Assembly (NCBI GenBank): GCA_031255005.1
Contig: JAIRTH010000001.1
Location: forward strand, 768-64,767
Reading direction: 5' to 3'
From: Puniceicoccales bacterium
GTDB lineage: Bacteria > Verrucomicrobiota > Verrucomicrobiia > Opitutales > LL51
DNA length: 64,000 nucleotides
Both the position numbers and the translations under genes were made by a program. The notes under the pieces were generated by a model. That model was not told the DNA's origin. It did no database searches and was given only the letters and a program-made list of their open reading frames with translations. Below, one piece after another: positions 40,226-50,377 of the stretch. How positions within the stretch are numbered: position 1 is the stretch's first letter; the number at the start of each line of letters is the position of its first letter.

Positions 40226-42546
40226 AGATGGTCTGTGTTCGTTTGAAAAAATTCAATGACCTTTGGAATTTCATTATATGTTCCGGCCAAAATCAATATG
40301 TCGTTTGCTTCCAAGACCATACTGCGTGATGGCGTAACTATTTTTTCGCCACGGCGTTGAATACCAACAATATTTACCCCAAATTTTCCGCGTAAATTTG
40401 CGTCGCCAATGGTTTGCCCAACTAGTTCATTGGTTGCTCCGATGCAAACCGTTTCTATGGCAAATTTTTGCTTCACAACTTGTTCCTTTGTAATTTCTTG
40501 TGATTTTTCTAGCAACTCAATAGCTACGTCGATTTGATGTTTTTCGCCGAGTAGCAATAATTGATCTTCGGGAAATATCGTGCTGTAAGGGTTTGGTGCA
40601 TAACATGTATAGCCACCGCGCGTGACAGCTACAATCGTGGCGCCTGTTTCTTCTCTAAGTTTTGAATCAATAATTCTAATTCCTACAAATTGACTGCCTT
40701 TCTTAATTTTATGGTTTTTGATTTGCACATCCCATGGATACTTTGCTTTAATTTTCTGCAAAGTATTATCGCGCAATTCGTCATCTTTATTTTGCACTTC
40801 GCTGTTGAAAGTTTCCATGAACATAATTTCAAAGCGATTATTCGCATATATCAACTTGCTCCAGAAGAAGATACATAATGCGCCGGATAATAATACGAAA
40901 ACTGCCAATGCCGTTCCTGTGGGAAGATAATTTGATGCAACTGATAAAAATATGGCTCCGAATATTAACATGGAGATCGCTAACACAATGGATTTGATGA
41001 AGTTAACAGTCCGACCACCTCTCGCCATATTGGTTTTTAACGAAAGTAAAGCTTCATGGGTGATAGAGGTGATAATTAAATTTATGTTTTTAATTGCTCC
41101 AATAAATATCGGCATGGTCACGAATGCCGCCAGTATCCAGGTGGCGATCACTGCCTGAGGTTTGTATTTTCCTAAAATTTTAATATCATTGGACTCAATG
41201 AAATGTGAAGTGTAATAAGATAAAAACATCAAGCCAGTGAGAAGAAAAAAATACCATATTATTTGTAATGCTGGCCGACGTATGATTTTTATGAGTGCAC
41301 TTTTCCCGATCTCTAAGCTTATGATATGCAAAAGGTTATGATAAAAAACTCCCACGTGTTTCAAAAATTCCGGAGTCCTTTTTGAAATAGATGCATATAA
41401 GATTTCATGATGTTTTGTCATGATTGTCGATCCGATGATAGTTAGCAGTGATACGCCGACGGCTATTGATATTAGTGACGGATTTGTAACTCCTAGCGAA
41501 TTGCCCATTGCAGCAATGATGAAACTGAACTCACCGATCTGAGATATATAGGTAGCCGATTGGAAGGCTATGTCTGATCTTTCGCCCGACGCGAACAACC
41601 CAAACCAACAGGCTGCTGATTTTGCTAACAAAACTATCACTGAAATTATCAAAATTTGCGGTAAATTTGAAACTATCGCTGCCGGATCGATCATCATTCC
41701 TATGGTTGCGAAAAATATGGAGCTGAATATATCGCGAAATGGCTCGATTATATGTTCAATTTGTTTTGATATGGCAGATTGCGACAATATGGACCCAGCT
41801 AAAAATGCTCCAAGCTCAACCGAAAAGTGAAATTTGTTCGCGAGCTCACCAAGGCCTAGGGCAAAACCTATTATCACAAGAACAAAAAGTTCTGGGACCG
41901 TGACCTTTTGCATGATTCTTATGAGCCTTGACGCGAAGAATTTACCTCCAACGAAAACCATTACCACAAAGACTCCGACCAAAAATGTCACTCGCCCAAC
42001 GGCTTCCCATTCAAGGTAGCCGGTTATGGCAATACCGGATAATATGACCAGTAAAAGTATTGCAACAATGTCCTCCAGTATGAGAATTCCCATGGTCAAT
42101 TGGGCAAAATTTTTACTCATCGCGTTCTGGCCCTTGAGCATAGGGATCGTTACCATGGTCGACGTGATTGCCAGCAGGGCGCCAAGAAACATTCCATTCA
42201 GCCCAGACCATCCAAATAATGGAGCGATCAGTATCCCTATGAGTACCATGCATATAGTTTGCGAAAGCACAGCAAGAAGTGCTGAACCGGCAGCTCGTTT
42301 TAATTTTTCCAGATCGAATTCTATTCCAACGTAAAACATCAAAAATATTACGCCAAGTTCGCTAAGTTGTTTTATCGTATATGCATCGGTTACGAATGGT
42401 GTGGATAGGAAATGTGGACCAATGATGAATCCACTAACTATGTATCCAAGCAGTAGCGGTAAGCGCAGGAAATGAAACAACATGCCTACGGTTCCTGCCG
42501 AGACAACGACAATCGCCAAATCTTTTATCAATGATCCTTCTTCCAT
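40222..42546 (-). CDS. Cation:proton antiporter (CPA2/Kef-like) with two C-terminal RCK_C/TrkA-C domains
   Basis: ~13 TM helices of Na+/H+ exchanger type, and two RCK_C repeats ('VGIRIIDSKLREETGATIVAVTRGG', 'GQTIGDANLRGKFGVNIVGIQRRGE...LEANDILILAG'). Confidence 0.8.
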   Translation of the reverse strand: MEEGSLIKDLAIVVVSAGTVGMLFHFLRLPLLLGYIVSGFIIGPHFLSTPFVTDAYTIKQLSELGVIFLMFYVGIEFDLEKLKRAAGSALLAVLSQTICMVLIGILIAPLFGWSGLNGMFLGALLAITSTMVTIPMLKGQNAMSKNFAQLTMGILILEDIVAILLLVILSGIAITGYLEWEAVGRVTFLVGVFVVMVFVGGKFFASRLIRIMQKVTVPELFVLVIIGFALGLGELANKFHFSVELGAFLAGSILSQSAISKQIEHIIEPFRDIFSSIFFATIGMMIDPAAIVSNLPQILIISVIVLLAKSAACWFGLFASGERSDIAFQSATYISQIGEFSFIIAAMGNSLGVTNPSLISIAVGVSLLTIIGSTIMTKHHEILYASISKRTPEFLKHVGVFYHNLLHIISLEIGKSALIKIIRRPALQIIWYFFLLTGLMFLSYYTSHFIESNDIKILGKYKPQAVIATWILAAFVTMPIFIGAIKNINLIITSITHEALLSLKTNMARGGRTVNFIKSIVLAISMLIFGAIFLSVASNYLPTGTALAVFVLLSGALCIFFWSKLIYANNRFEIMFMETFNSEVQNKDDELRDNTLQKIKAKYPWDVQIKNHKIKKGSQFVGIRIIDSKLREETGATIVAVTRGGYTCYAPNPYSTIFPEDQLLLLGEKHQIDVAIELLEKSQEITKEQVVKQKFAIETVCIGATNELVGQTIGDANLRGKFGVNIVGIQRRGEKIVTPSRSMVLEANDILILAGTYNEIPKVIEFFQTNTDHL

Positions 42547-42613
42547 ATGTTGGACTGTGCCGCAAATGATTGGATAGAATTTTTATTCACGATCAAGTCA
42601 AACCGAGGATATA

Positions 42614-43354
42614 TTAATAATAGACTTTGTCTAGAAATAATCCTAAGGCCGGTGCAGTTACTATTTTTTCTTTTCGTTGTTTATCTGTAAAGCATTCCAG
42701 CACATAGTTTTGTGACAATGCGCCAATGCCTACCTCTACCATGGTCCCCACTATGGTTCTGACCATTTTGTATAGATAACCACTGGCTTCGGTGGAAAGT
42801 GTTATGTAGTTTCCTTGGCGTGAAAAAGATAGCGAATGCATAGTTTTTATTGTACATTCATTTTTATCATCTTTTCGTTTGGCTCCAAAGGCTATAAAAT
42901 CATGACATCCAAGCAATGCTTGACCCAATGTATTCATTTTTTGGATATCTAATTTTTTGCTTTTCAATTCCCATAAAAACTTGTACTCGAATGGGTTAGC
43001 GATACCTTCTCGTAGGCGATATACATATCTTTTTTTTATGACGGAAAACTGGGCATGAAAATTATTTTCAACTTTTTGAATAGATTTTATGCTAATATTT
43101 TTTGGGAGCTTTGAATCAAGGGCGAGCAATAATTTATTTTCACCATGTTTCCAATCTGCATCAAAATGAAAGACTTGATTGTTTGCATGCACACCGGCAT
43201 CGGTTCTTCCGCTGCCAAATATCCGGATATTTTTTTTAAAAATGTAAAAAAGCCATTGTTCTATTGTATCCTGTATAGTATTTTTGTTAGGCTGACTTTG
43301 CCATCCATGAAAACCTGTTCCGTCATAAGCACATACGCAACACCATCGGGTCAT
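42614..43354 (-). CDS. truA: tRNA pseudouridine(38-40) synthase
   Basis: 'YDGTGFHGWQSQP' and the catalytic 'GSGRTDAGVHA'. Confidence 0.9.
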   Translation of the reverse strand: MTRWCCVCAYDGTGFHGWQSQPNKNTIQDTIEQWLFYIFKKNIRIFGSGRTDAGVHANNQVFHFDADWKHGENKLLLALDSKLPKNISIKSIQKVENNFHAQFSVIKKRYVYRLREGIANPFEYKFLWELKSKKLDIQKMNTLGQALLGCHDFIAFGAKRKDDKNECTIKTMHSLSFSRQGNYITLSTEASGYLYKMVRTIVGTMVEVGIGALSQNYVLECFTDKQRKEKIVTAPALGLFLDKVYY

Positions 43355-44613
43355 TTTGCCAATCCCCAGCGATGTGTAAATGGATACATTATAATGATTG
43401 CTTGTCCTACAATTTCTTTAGATGGGACAAACCCCCAATATCGGCTATCTAGGCTATTTGGTGAGTTATCTCCCAGCGCAAAATAATTTTCCGCTGGTAC
43501 GATCACTTCTCGACCTTTTGCTAAATTGCCTCTTGCCACATAGCCTGGATAGTTATTTGTTTTTAACTTATTGTTATGGAAGGCCTTAGATCCAGTTATT
43601 TCGGTGCCATTTCTCATCAAGCCAGAATTTTCTATATGCAGCGCATCATGGGGTGTACCGACCAGTCGTTTTATATAGTATTTGTCGCTGTTAAGTGCTT
43701 TTATTTTTCTGGTTTTGAAGACGATCGGATCGCCGATTTTTGGGGGCATGAAATTGTACGCGAACTTGTTGACTATAAGCATATCTCCGGTTAGTATATC
43801 AAAGGACAATACTTCTTCACCTGCGTTCTTTTTTATTTCAGTGTTAAAAAACATTCGGTCATTGATCTTTACAAAAGAATTTTTGTTATTGTTTGCAATA
43901 ATATCATGATAGGTAACGTTTTTATTAAAAAGCGCTTCGAGAACGACGTCATCCAATGAGAAATCAAGTGGAACTCGCAATGAAGAGGGTTTATTTCCCA
44001 CAATGAAAGTATATTCTCGCAGTTTTGTTGGTAAAAGCCCGAACCATTTTCGTGCGTTAACTATTTCATAATCAATTACTCCGCCATAGGAACTGTCATG
44101 TCTTTTGTTTTTGGATTTTTTCATTAAAGGTACATATACAGTACCCGTAGATTGGGTTTTCATCGAATAGTTAATTGCTCCAAGAAATATAAATCTCTTA
44201 AGTCGTTCTAGTTTGCTTAACTTTTTGCCAGTCAACTCGAAAGTCATTCCGGCGTAGGTTGGCAGCATGGAATTTGTCGGTATTTTGAATGGCTGAAAAA
44301 AAAATGTCCGAATTCCCAGTGATAGGATGGCTGCAAACATCAATATTTCTGCGTTTTCTGCTATAAAACTTTGGGGAAATATGTCTCCTCCGATCAACTG
44401 CAATTTTTCCCTGTATTCTTCGCACATGATATTAAGTTCAGTATTACTTTTAGTGTTCGTGAGCAACAGGTTATGTCTTATTTCTTCCAATGTTTTTAAT
44501 TGATCATCCGCTAAAACATCTCGGCGGTAATTATATATTCTTTTGGCTATTCCGCGTAGAAATTTTACTGAATCGTCCAAATTTTTTCTACTGACTTTCT
44601 GCAAAGATTTCAT
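43351..44613 (-). CDS. lepB: Signal peptidase I (long form)
   Basis: 'PTNSMLPTY' (Ser box), 'YIKRLVGTP' (Lys box), 'GDNSPNSLDSRYWGFVP'. Confidence 0.88.
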   Translation of the reverse strand: MKSLQKVSRKNLDDSVKFLRGIAKRIYNYRRDVLADDQLKTLEEIRHNLLLTNTKSNTELNIMCEEYREKLQLIGGDIFPQSFIAENAEILMFAAILSLGIRTFFFQPFKIPTNSMLPTYAGMTFELTGKKLSKLERLKRFIFLGAINYSMKTQSTGTVYVPLMKKSKNKRHDSSYGGVIDYEIVNARKWFGLLPTKLREYTFIVGNKPSSLRVPLDFSLDDVVLEALFNKNVTYHDIIANNNKNSFVKINDRMFFNTEIKKNAGEEVLSFDILTGDMLIVNKFAYNFMPPKIGDPIVFKTRKIKALNSDKYYIKRLVGTPHDALHIENSGLMRNGTEITGSKAFHNNKLKTNNYPGYVARGNLAKGREVIVPAENYFALGDNSPNSLDSRYWGFVPSKEIVGQAIIIMYPFTHRWGLAK

Positions 44614-45716
44614 TATAATATCCAGTCGTAGTTAAAATTTGACAGCATTTCGCAGTTAAATTCTTTAATCACAATCACATCTTCTAGTCTAACTCCGCCG
44701 ATATCCCTGTAATACAAACCTGGTTCAATCGTTACGACCATGTTGTTTTGTAGTGCGACATCGAGATTTCCAATGCCTGGAAATTCATGGACGTCTAAGC
44801 CGAGTCCGTGGCCAGTGCTATGAAAAAATCCTTCTGATTTGGCGTAATCTGTATGAAATTCTAGGCTGGCAAATAACTTCAAGTTGTTATTATGTATATA
44901 CTTACAAGACGCGCCGGCCTTTGCATTTTTGATGCTATCGGTCTGGGCTTTTTTTACAGCGTTGTACATTTGGATTTGCGAGTGTGATGGTGTGCCTTTA
45001 ATAAAAGTCCTAGTCATGTCTCCATGATAACCGGTGGTCATGACCTTTGGAAATATGTCTATTACTATGAACTGGTTAGCGAACAGTGGGCCTTTTCCCG
45101 GATTGTGTGGTTGGGCCGAATGCTTTCCGCAGGAAACTATGGTATTTTTGGCCACGGCCCCATTTTTTGCGCAAACTATTTCGATTTCCCTTCGCAGTTG
45201 GTTGGATGTTAACATATTGCCCTTGAATATCAATATATTATTATTATCCGGCATTGAGTCGGCAATTATTGATTGCGCTACATCCAGAGCTTTGGCTGTT
45301 ATTTCACAGGCTTCTTTTATGTATCTAATTTCCTCAGATGATTTTATGGTACGCTCTTCGATAAATCGTTCTTGTTCGCAAAAAGATAACCTAGTGCCTT
45401 CGGATTTAAGTTTTACCCAAAGGCCAGCTGGAAAATCATAGGGCACGGACCATTTATCCACATCATACTTAGCGCCAAGGGTTTTTATTATCTCAGCCGG
45501 ATCGCGATTTTTGCAAAGTACCTCGTCTATATTAATAATGTCATGAAAAGCCGAGTTTTTTTTCATATTTTCGAGTTCTAGTGAGTTTACCACAGCAATT
45601 TTTTGGCCATTTATTTCAAATGCAATAAATGGATCAGGGATAGCTATCTTACTCCAATATAACATATTAGAATTGCATTGAGAATTAGCGAATTGCAATT
45701 TTGCTGTAAACCCCAT
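44613..45716 (-). CDS. M24-family Xaa-Pro aminopeptidase/dipeptidase
   Basis: 'DIFPKVMTTGYHGDMTRTF', 'HSTGHGLGLDVHEFP', 'VVTIEPGLYY...GGVRLEDVIVI'. Confidence 0.82.
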   Translation of the reverse strand: MGFTAKLQFANSQCNSNMLYWSKIAIPDPFIAFEINGQKIAVVNSLELENMKKNSAFHDIINIDEVLCKNRDPAEIIKTLGAKYDVDKWSVPYDFPAGLWVKLKSEGTRLSFCEQERFIEERTIKSSEEIRYIKEACEITAKALDVAQSIIADSMPDNNNILIFKGNMLTSNQLRREIEIVCAKNGAVAKNTIVSCGKHSAQPHNPGKGPLFANQFIVIDIFPKVMTTGYHGDMTRTFIKGTPSHSQIQMYNAVKKAQTDSIKNAKAGASCKYIHNNNLKLFASLEFHTDYAKSEGFFHSTGHGLGLDVHEFPGIGNLDVALQNNMVVTIEPGLYYRDIGGVRLEDVIVIKEFNCEMLSNFNYDWIL

Positions 45717-45742
45717 ATTTTAAGCGAATGCTATAATAATTA

Positions 45743-46381
45743 TCATATTTCCATTTCATTTCGAGTATCTTCCGCAATGGCCTTCCAATTACTGCCGAAA
45801 TTTCCTGATATCACCTGTTCCAGTGCTGCCGCAGCATTTTTTATGTCTTTATTATGTTGAAAAAATCTAGCCAAAAGCATAAGTGCTTCTGCCCGAAGGC
45901 TTGAAGGTGCAGATCCATCCTGGCTTAGTTTCAGCAAATTTTGTTTACCCAGATCGATTTTCCCTGCCTTTATCAGCGATACGCATGCTCCGATGGCAGC
46001 CCTACTTCCTGGTGGAGAATTTTTTAGACTTATTCTGGCGTTGTTGTATCTATCGGCGGCCACGTCGAAGACTCCACTTTTGTAAGCCCTATCAGCTAGT
46101 TCCATAAACACAACACCACCAAGTTGTTTTGATTTATATTTATTCGCAAAATACAGTTTCTGTTCATCGGTTTCCAGTTTCATGAAGGCATTTTTCATAG
46201 CATTAATTCCACTATTATATATAACCATAGCTAGTCCTAGAATTGCTAACAGAACGCAACATGTTGCAATGCAGAGAGTTATTTGTTTTTTGTATTTATT
46301 AATAAGCATCCATGCCCTATCGCTTAGATCTGCTGAACAAAGCACTTCATCTATCAATTCATTACTCTTTGATTTTTCCAT
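45743..46381 (-). CDS. Hypothetical membrane-anchored helical-repeat protein (YfgM/TPR-like architecture)
   Basis: One N-terminal TM helix ('ITLCIATCCVLLAILGLAMVIY') followed by an Ala/Leu-rich helical region. No diagnostic motif. Confidence 0.3.
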   Translation of the reverse strand: MEKSKSNELIDEVLCSADLSDRAWMLINKYKKQITLCIATCCVLLAILGLAMVIYNSGINAMKNAFMKLETDEQKLYFANKYKSKQLGGVVFMELADRAYKSGVFDVAADRYNNARISLKNSPPGSRAAIGACVSLIKAGKIDLGKQNLLKLSQDGSAPSSLRAEALMLLARFFQHNKDIKNAAAALEQVISGNFGSNWKAIAEDTRNEMEI

Positions 46382-46391
46382 AATCTTGCGA

Positions 46392-46476
46392 TGGTGCTCA
46401 AGAGGGGAGTCGAACCCCTATGCCTTTCGGCACTGCCGCCTGAAGACAGCGTGTCTGCCAATTCCACCACCTGAGC
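46392..46476 (-). tRNA. tRNA-Leu (anticodon CAG)
   Basis: Reverse complement GCTCAGGTGGTGGAATTGGCAGACACGCTGTCTTCAGGCGGCAGTGCCGAAAGGCATAGGGGTTCGACTCCCCTCTTGAGCACCA. Long variable arm, anticodon stem CTGTC/GGCAG, loop TTCAGGC. Confidence 0.9.
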
Positions 46477-46662
46477 GCACTAGCGGGTAAACTTGAAATA
46501 ACACGCCTTTTGTCAAGAAAAGTTGATTTATTTTTGCAGATTTGTGAAAAATTTTTATTTCTTTTATTTAAATTTTGGCCAAAAGTCGCTTGACTTATGA
46601 AAATTTTTATCATAACTATCCATCATATTGGTAAATTTTAAAACATTTTATTTATAGGTAAT

Positions 46663-46923
46663 ATGGCTGACAAGACTGTGGAGCAACGAGTTAAGGAGAT
46701 TATTATTAATCAGCTTGGTGTGGGTGAAGACAGAGTAGTGCCTGAGGCATCATTTCTTGATGATCTTGGGGCGGATTCTCTGGATACGGTTGAGCTAATA
46801 ATGGCTTTTGAAGATGAGTTTAAAACCGAACTGCAAGGGGAAATTCCGGAGTCCGATGCAGAGGGGTTGCAAACTGTCCAGGATGTCGTAGCCTATATAG
46901 AAGGTAAGTTGGATAAAGAATAG
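46663..46923 (+). CDS. acpP: Acyl carrier protein
   Basis: '[19 protein letters not shown]' with the phosphopantetheine-attachment Ser. Confidence 0.95.
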   Translation: MADKTVEQRVKEIIINQLGVGEDRVVPEASFLDDLGADSLDTVELIMAFEDEFKTELQGEIPESDAEGLQTVQDVVAYIEGKLDKE

Positions 46924-46930
46924 ATTTCAG

Positions 46931-48202
46931 GTGTCGGAGTGTGATTCGAAATCTGTTAGAGACCTGCGGGTGGTAGTGACCGGGTTGGGGGCCATTACAC
47001 CGTTGGGCTTTGGTGTCGATTCGCTTTGGAATTCTTTGATTTCTGGTCGTAGTGGAATAAAGGCCATAAAATCCTTTGATACGTCGCCATTTAATTGCCG
47101 AATTGGCGGAGAGATTGTGGATTTTGATCCGACTGAATACATGGATTATAAGGATGTCAAGCGGAATGACAGGTTTGTGCATTTTGCCGTGGCTGCAGCG
47201 CACGAAGCCATAGCGGATGCTGGGTTGTCGCTGGCCGATGAAGAGAAGTTGCGCGCTGGAGTGATGATTGGATCTGGCATTGGCGGGATGACTACCATAG
47301 AGTTTCAATCTGAAAAATTTCATACGGTGGGCCAAAATAAGGTTTCGCCGTTCATGATTCCGGCATTGATATGCAACATAGCTTCAGGGGTTGTGGCCAT
47401 AGAGACTGGATTTATGGGGCCAAATCTATCGGTGGTGACGGCATGTGCTTCCGGAGCCAATTCTATAGGAGAGGCTTACAGCACGATGAAACTTGGCAAG
47501 GCCGAGGTGATGCTGGCAGGAGGCAGTGAGGCGGCACTAAATGCTCTAGGGTTTGCTGGTTTTTGTTCGATGAAGGCGATGAGTACTGGATTCAATGATA
47601 ATCCTGCCATGGCCAGTCGGCCCTTCGATGCCAAGCGAGACGGTTTTGTGATGGGCGAAGGTGCTGGTTTGTTAATCCTTGAGACTCTGGAACATGCGAG
47701 TGCGCGTGGGGCAAAAATATATTGTGAACTGGCCGGGTACCATTGCACCAGCGATGCTTTTCATATAACTATGCCCCATCCGAAAGGTTTTGGTCTGGCG
47801 GAATGCCTCCGGTCTGTGATGCGTGAAGCTGCTGTATCGCAAGAAGATATTGATTATATAAATGCCCACGGAACGTCGACACAGTATAACGATAAATATG
47901 AGACTGTGGCGGTAAAATCTGTTTTTGGTGACCTGGCAAGTCAAATCCCGCTGAGTTCGACCAAGAGTATGACAGGTCATTTGCTTGGGGCGTCTGGCGG
48001 GGTGGAAGCCATTGCTTGTGTAAAGGCGATCCAAACTGGCCAAATTCCTCCGACGATAAATTACGAATTTCCCGACATAGAATGTGATTTGAATTACGTT
48101 CCAAATAAAGCACTTAGCAAAGAAGTGAAGGTGGCGATAAGTGAAAATTCTGGTTTTGGCGGCCATAATGTTGCTTTATTGTTCAAAAAGTTTTCAGGCT
48201 GA
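46931..48202 (+). CDS. fabF: 3-oxoacyl-ACP synthase II
   Basis: 'VVTACASGANSIGEA' (active-site Cys), 'INAHGTST', 'KSMTGHLLGASGG'. GTG start. Confidence 0.93.
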   Translation: MSECDSKSVRDLRVVVTGLGAITPLGFGVDSLWNSLISGRSGIKAIKSFDTSPFNCRIGGEIVDFDPTEYMDYKDVKRNDRFVHFAVAAAHEAIADAGLSLADEEKLRAGVMIGSGIGGMTTIEFQSEKFHTVGQNKVSPFMIPALICNIASGVVAIETGFMGPNLSVVTACASGANSIGEAYSTMKLGKAEVMLAGGSEAALNALGFAGFCSMKAMSTGFNDNPAMASRPFDAKRDGFVMGEGAGLLILETLEHASARGAKIYCELAGYHCTSDAFHITMPHPKGFGLAECLRSVMREAAVSQEDIDYINAHGTSTQYNDKYETVAVKSVFGDLASQIPLSSTKSMTGHLLGASGGVEAIACVKAIQTGQIPPTINYEFPDIECDLNYVPNKALSKEVKVAISENSGFGGHNVALLFKKFSG

Positions 48203-50103
48203 TGATCGTCAGATTTTTATTGGGATTTGCTGGTATTTTGTTTGCGCATCTACCGCGATGGTTTGTTTCATATATATGTTCAATTTGCGGTGGGCTTCTT
48301 TATTATTTTCACCCATCGCGGCGTAAAATTTTATTGTCAAATCTAGATCATGCGTTTCCGAAAAAAAGTTTTCAATGGAAAAAAAGCATTGCCCGAACTA
48401 GCTGTGCAAGAACTGTCGAGCTTGGGCTATTGTCCATAACCATTCCGTGGTTTTCGAGGCAAAAACTAAAAAAATTTTTTTCTGTTGATGCCTCGGTGGA
48501 TGCTTTAATTTCAGATGCTGAAAATTACAGTTCAAAGAAAAACACAGCGAAAATAATACTTGTCCCACATTTCTCTTCCATGGAAGCAATGACCACATTA
48601 CCAGTACATTTATCTAATATAAAATTCTCAAAAATCGGCGTGATCTATAGGCCTTTTAGCCACGTCGATGTCGAGGCATATATAAAACATGCTAGAGGAA
48701 AATTTGGATTTGCATTATTGTCAAGAAAAAATGGCCTGTTAGCTGCAAAAAAAATACTGAAAAATCGCGGCATACTTGCGTTATTGTTCGATCAAAATGC
48801 CGGAAAAAATGGCCTATTGACTACGTTTTTTGGAAGAATTGCATCCACCACAGGTCTTCCGGATATTTTTCGTACTAAATTTAATACCAAAGTTTTTGTT
48901 CTGTTTTCCAAAAGAATAGGATTTTGGAAAAGTATTAGTAGCTTTCAACAGCTTGAACTGCAAGGTGATAGCAAATATTCTGTGGCATTTGCTATGAATC
49001 GTTGGCTGGAAAAAACATTGTCATCCAGCGATGAGGTTTGTGCGGATTGGCTTTGGATGCATAACCGATGGCATTGCCAAGATGATGCCAACACTTTTTT
49101 GCATATCTCGGCCAAGAGGATCGATGATCTGCATCTGATGGAGAAGAAAACTCGAATTTTCTTGAGGTTGCCCAATTGGCTTGGTGATGTGCTGATGGTG
49201 TTGCCGGTAATAAAAGCCATATCTTGTTCGCGCAAAGACGCTTGTGTGACAATAATTGCCAAGGCGCAATTTTGCGAACTGCTCAAATATCTTTGCATTG
49301 GCGACAATCATATCCCATTGCCAAAGAAAAATTTTCTGTATTTTTATAGAATTTTTCAGCACAGAAGATTATTTCCAGACTTTTATATACTGCTCACGAA
49401 TTCCTTTCGTGGAGATTTGGAGGCAAAAATAATTGGCTGTGCGAAAACCTTTGGGATGGTCGTCGGCGGTGGATTTCGTCCACTCCTAACCGATGGATGG
49501 AAGGTTCCGGAATCTCTCTCCTCGGCCAGAGTTCATCAACGGCTAGTGATCCAGAAGTTCTTCGAGGCGATGGGACTTAACGCTCATATGGATTTAGCGC
49601 CGTGGCGAAACAAACCTGAGAAAGATAAAAAAATAGCATTGATCTGTGGCAGCGAAAATTTTCCTGCTAAAAGATGGCCGGTGCAAAAATGGTGCAAATT
49701 AGTGGATGTGTTGTTGGAAAAATATTGTGGCTACGAAATTTTGTTGATCGGTACCGATGCAGATGGACAAATAGCTGGAGCTATAAAGAATGATTTCCAA
49801 AAAAATCGTGCTGTAACAAATTTAGCCGGAAAGACTTCGTTGACGGAATGTTTGGAAATATTGGCCGCCTGCGCAGTGGCCGTTGGCAACGACACCGGTG
49901 GTATTCATCTGGCCAACATGGCTGGTTGTCCGGTGGTGGTGGTCTATGGCCCGACGAATCCTTTGCGGACTGGTCCAATTTTTGCTAGCCCAATAAAAAT
50001 TTTGAAAAAATCAGAAGATTTGGTAATCTCTGCAGATATATCGACGGTCGATGTCAGCGATGTCGTTGCGGCAGTTGAAGATGTGATTCATAAATGGCAA
50101 TGA
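48202..50103 (+). CDS. Fusion protein: lipid A late acyltransferase (LpxL/HtrB family) N-terminal half plus GT9 heptosyltransferase (WaaC/WaaF-like) C-terminal half
   Basis: N-terminal half: 'ILVPHFSSMEAM' (H-x4-E acyltransferase dyad) and 'LLFDQNAG'. C-terminal half (from about 49150): 'LRLPNWLGDVLMVLPVIKAI', 'PAKRWP', 'GKTSLTECLEILAACAVAVGNDTGGIHLANMAGCPVVVVYGPTNP'. Its ATG overlaps the fabF TGA by 1 nt. Confidence 0.8.
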   Translation: MIVRFLLGFAGILFAHLPRWFVSYICSICGGLLYYFHPSRRKILLSNLDHAFPKKSFQWKKSIARTSCARTVELGLLSITIPWFSRQKLKKFFSVDASVDALISDAENYSSKKNTAKIILVPHFSSMEAMTTLPVHLSNIKFSKIGVIYRPFSHVDVEAYIKHARGKFGFALLSRKNGLLAAKKILKNRGILALLFDQNAGKNGLLTTFFGRIASTTGLPDIFRTKFNTKVFVLFSKRIGFWKSISSFQQLELQGDSKYSVAFAMNRWLEKTLSSSDEVCADWLWMHNRWHCQDDANTFLHISAKRIDDLHLMEKKTRIFLRLPNWLGDVLMVLPVIKAISCSRKDACVTIIAKAQFCELLKYLCIGDNHIPLPKKNFLYFYRIFQHRRLFPDFYILLTNSFRGDLEAKIIGCAKTFGMVVGGGFRPLLTDGWKVPESLSSARVHQRLVIQKFFEAMGLNAHMDLAPWRNKPEKDKKIALICGSENFPAKRWPVQKWCKLVDVLLEKYCGYEILLIGTDADGQIAGAIKNDFQKNRAVTNLAGKTSLTECLEILAACAVAVGNDTGGIHLANMAGCPVVVVYGPTNPLRTGPIFASPIKILKKSEDLVISADISTVDVSDVVAAVEDVIHKWQ

Positions 50104-50168
50104 TAATGGTTTTGATAGATTTTTATCGACAAAGCTATGTTCCAATTTAGGGTTCAGTAAAAGCGGAT

Positions 50169-50253
50169 GCTCAGGTGGTGGAATTGGCAGACACGCCAGA
50201 CTTAGGATCTGGTGCCGCAAGGCGTAAGGGTTCGAGTCCCTTTCTGAGCACCA
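50169..50253 (+). tRNA. tRNA-Leu (anticodon TAG)
   Basis: GCTCAGGTGGTGGAATTGGCAGACACGCCAGACTTAGGATCTGGTGCCGCAAGGCGTAAGGGTTCGAGTCCCTTTCTGAGCACCA. Anticodon stem CCAGA/TCTGG, loop CTTAGGA. Confidence 0.9.
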
Positions 50254-50377
50254 CACAGGTTTTGTTTTTAGGTTTTTTATGCTTTTTATATTTTTTACTC
50301 CAGAAATATGTTTGCAAAGAGCTAAAAATCCTTTGTAGTAATTCTGAGAATATTAGGTTTGCTGAACCGGCTTATAG

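Noticed and set aside
46398-46613. 71-aa ORF at 46398-46613, and likewise the 81-aa ORF at 50011-50256 and the 102-aa ORF at 46182-46490
   Set aside because: All overlap the two tRNA-Leu genes or run antisense to neighbouring real genes. They are artefacts of ORF calling.
46392-50253. The two tRNA-Leu genes, in inverted orientation and identical over their first 28 nt, as boundaries of a mobile or composite element enclosing acpP-fabF-lpxL::GT9
   Set aside because: The shared sequence is just the conserved acceptor/D-arm of isoacceptor tRNAs. The enclosed genes are core lipid and LPS genes. There is no transposase, integrase or target-site duplication.
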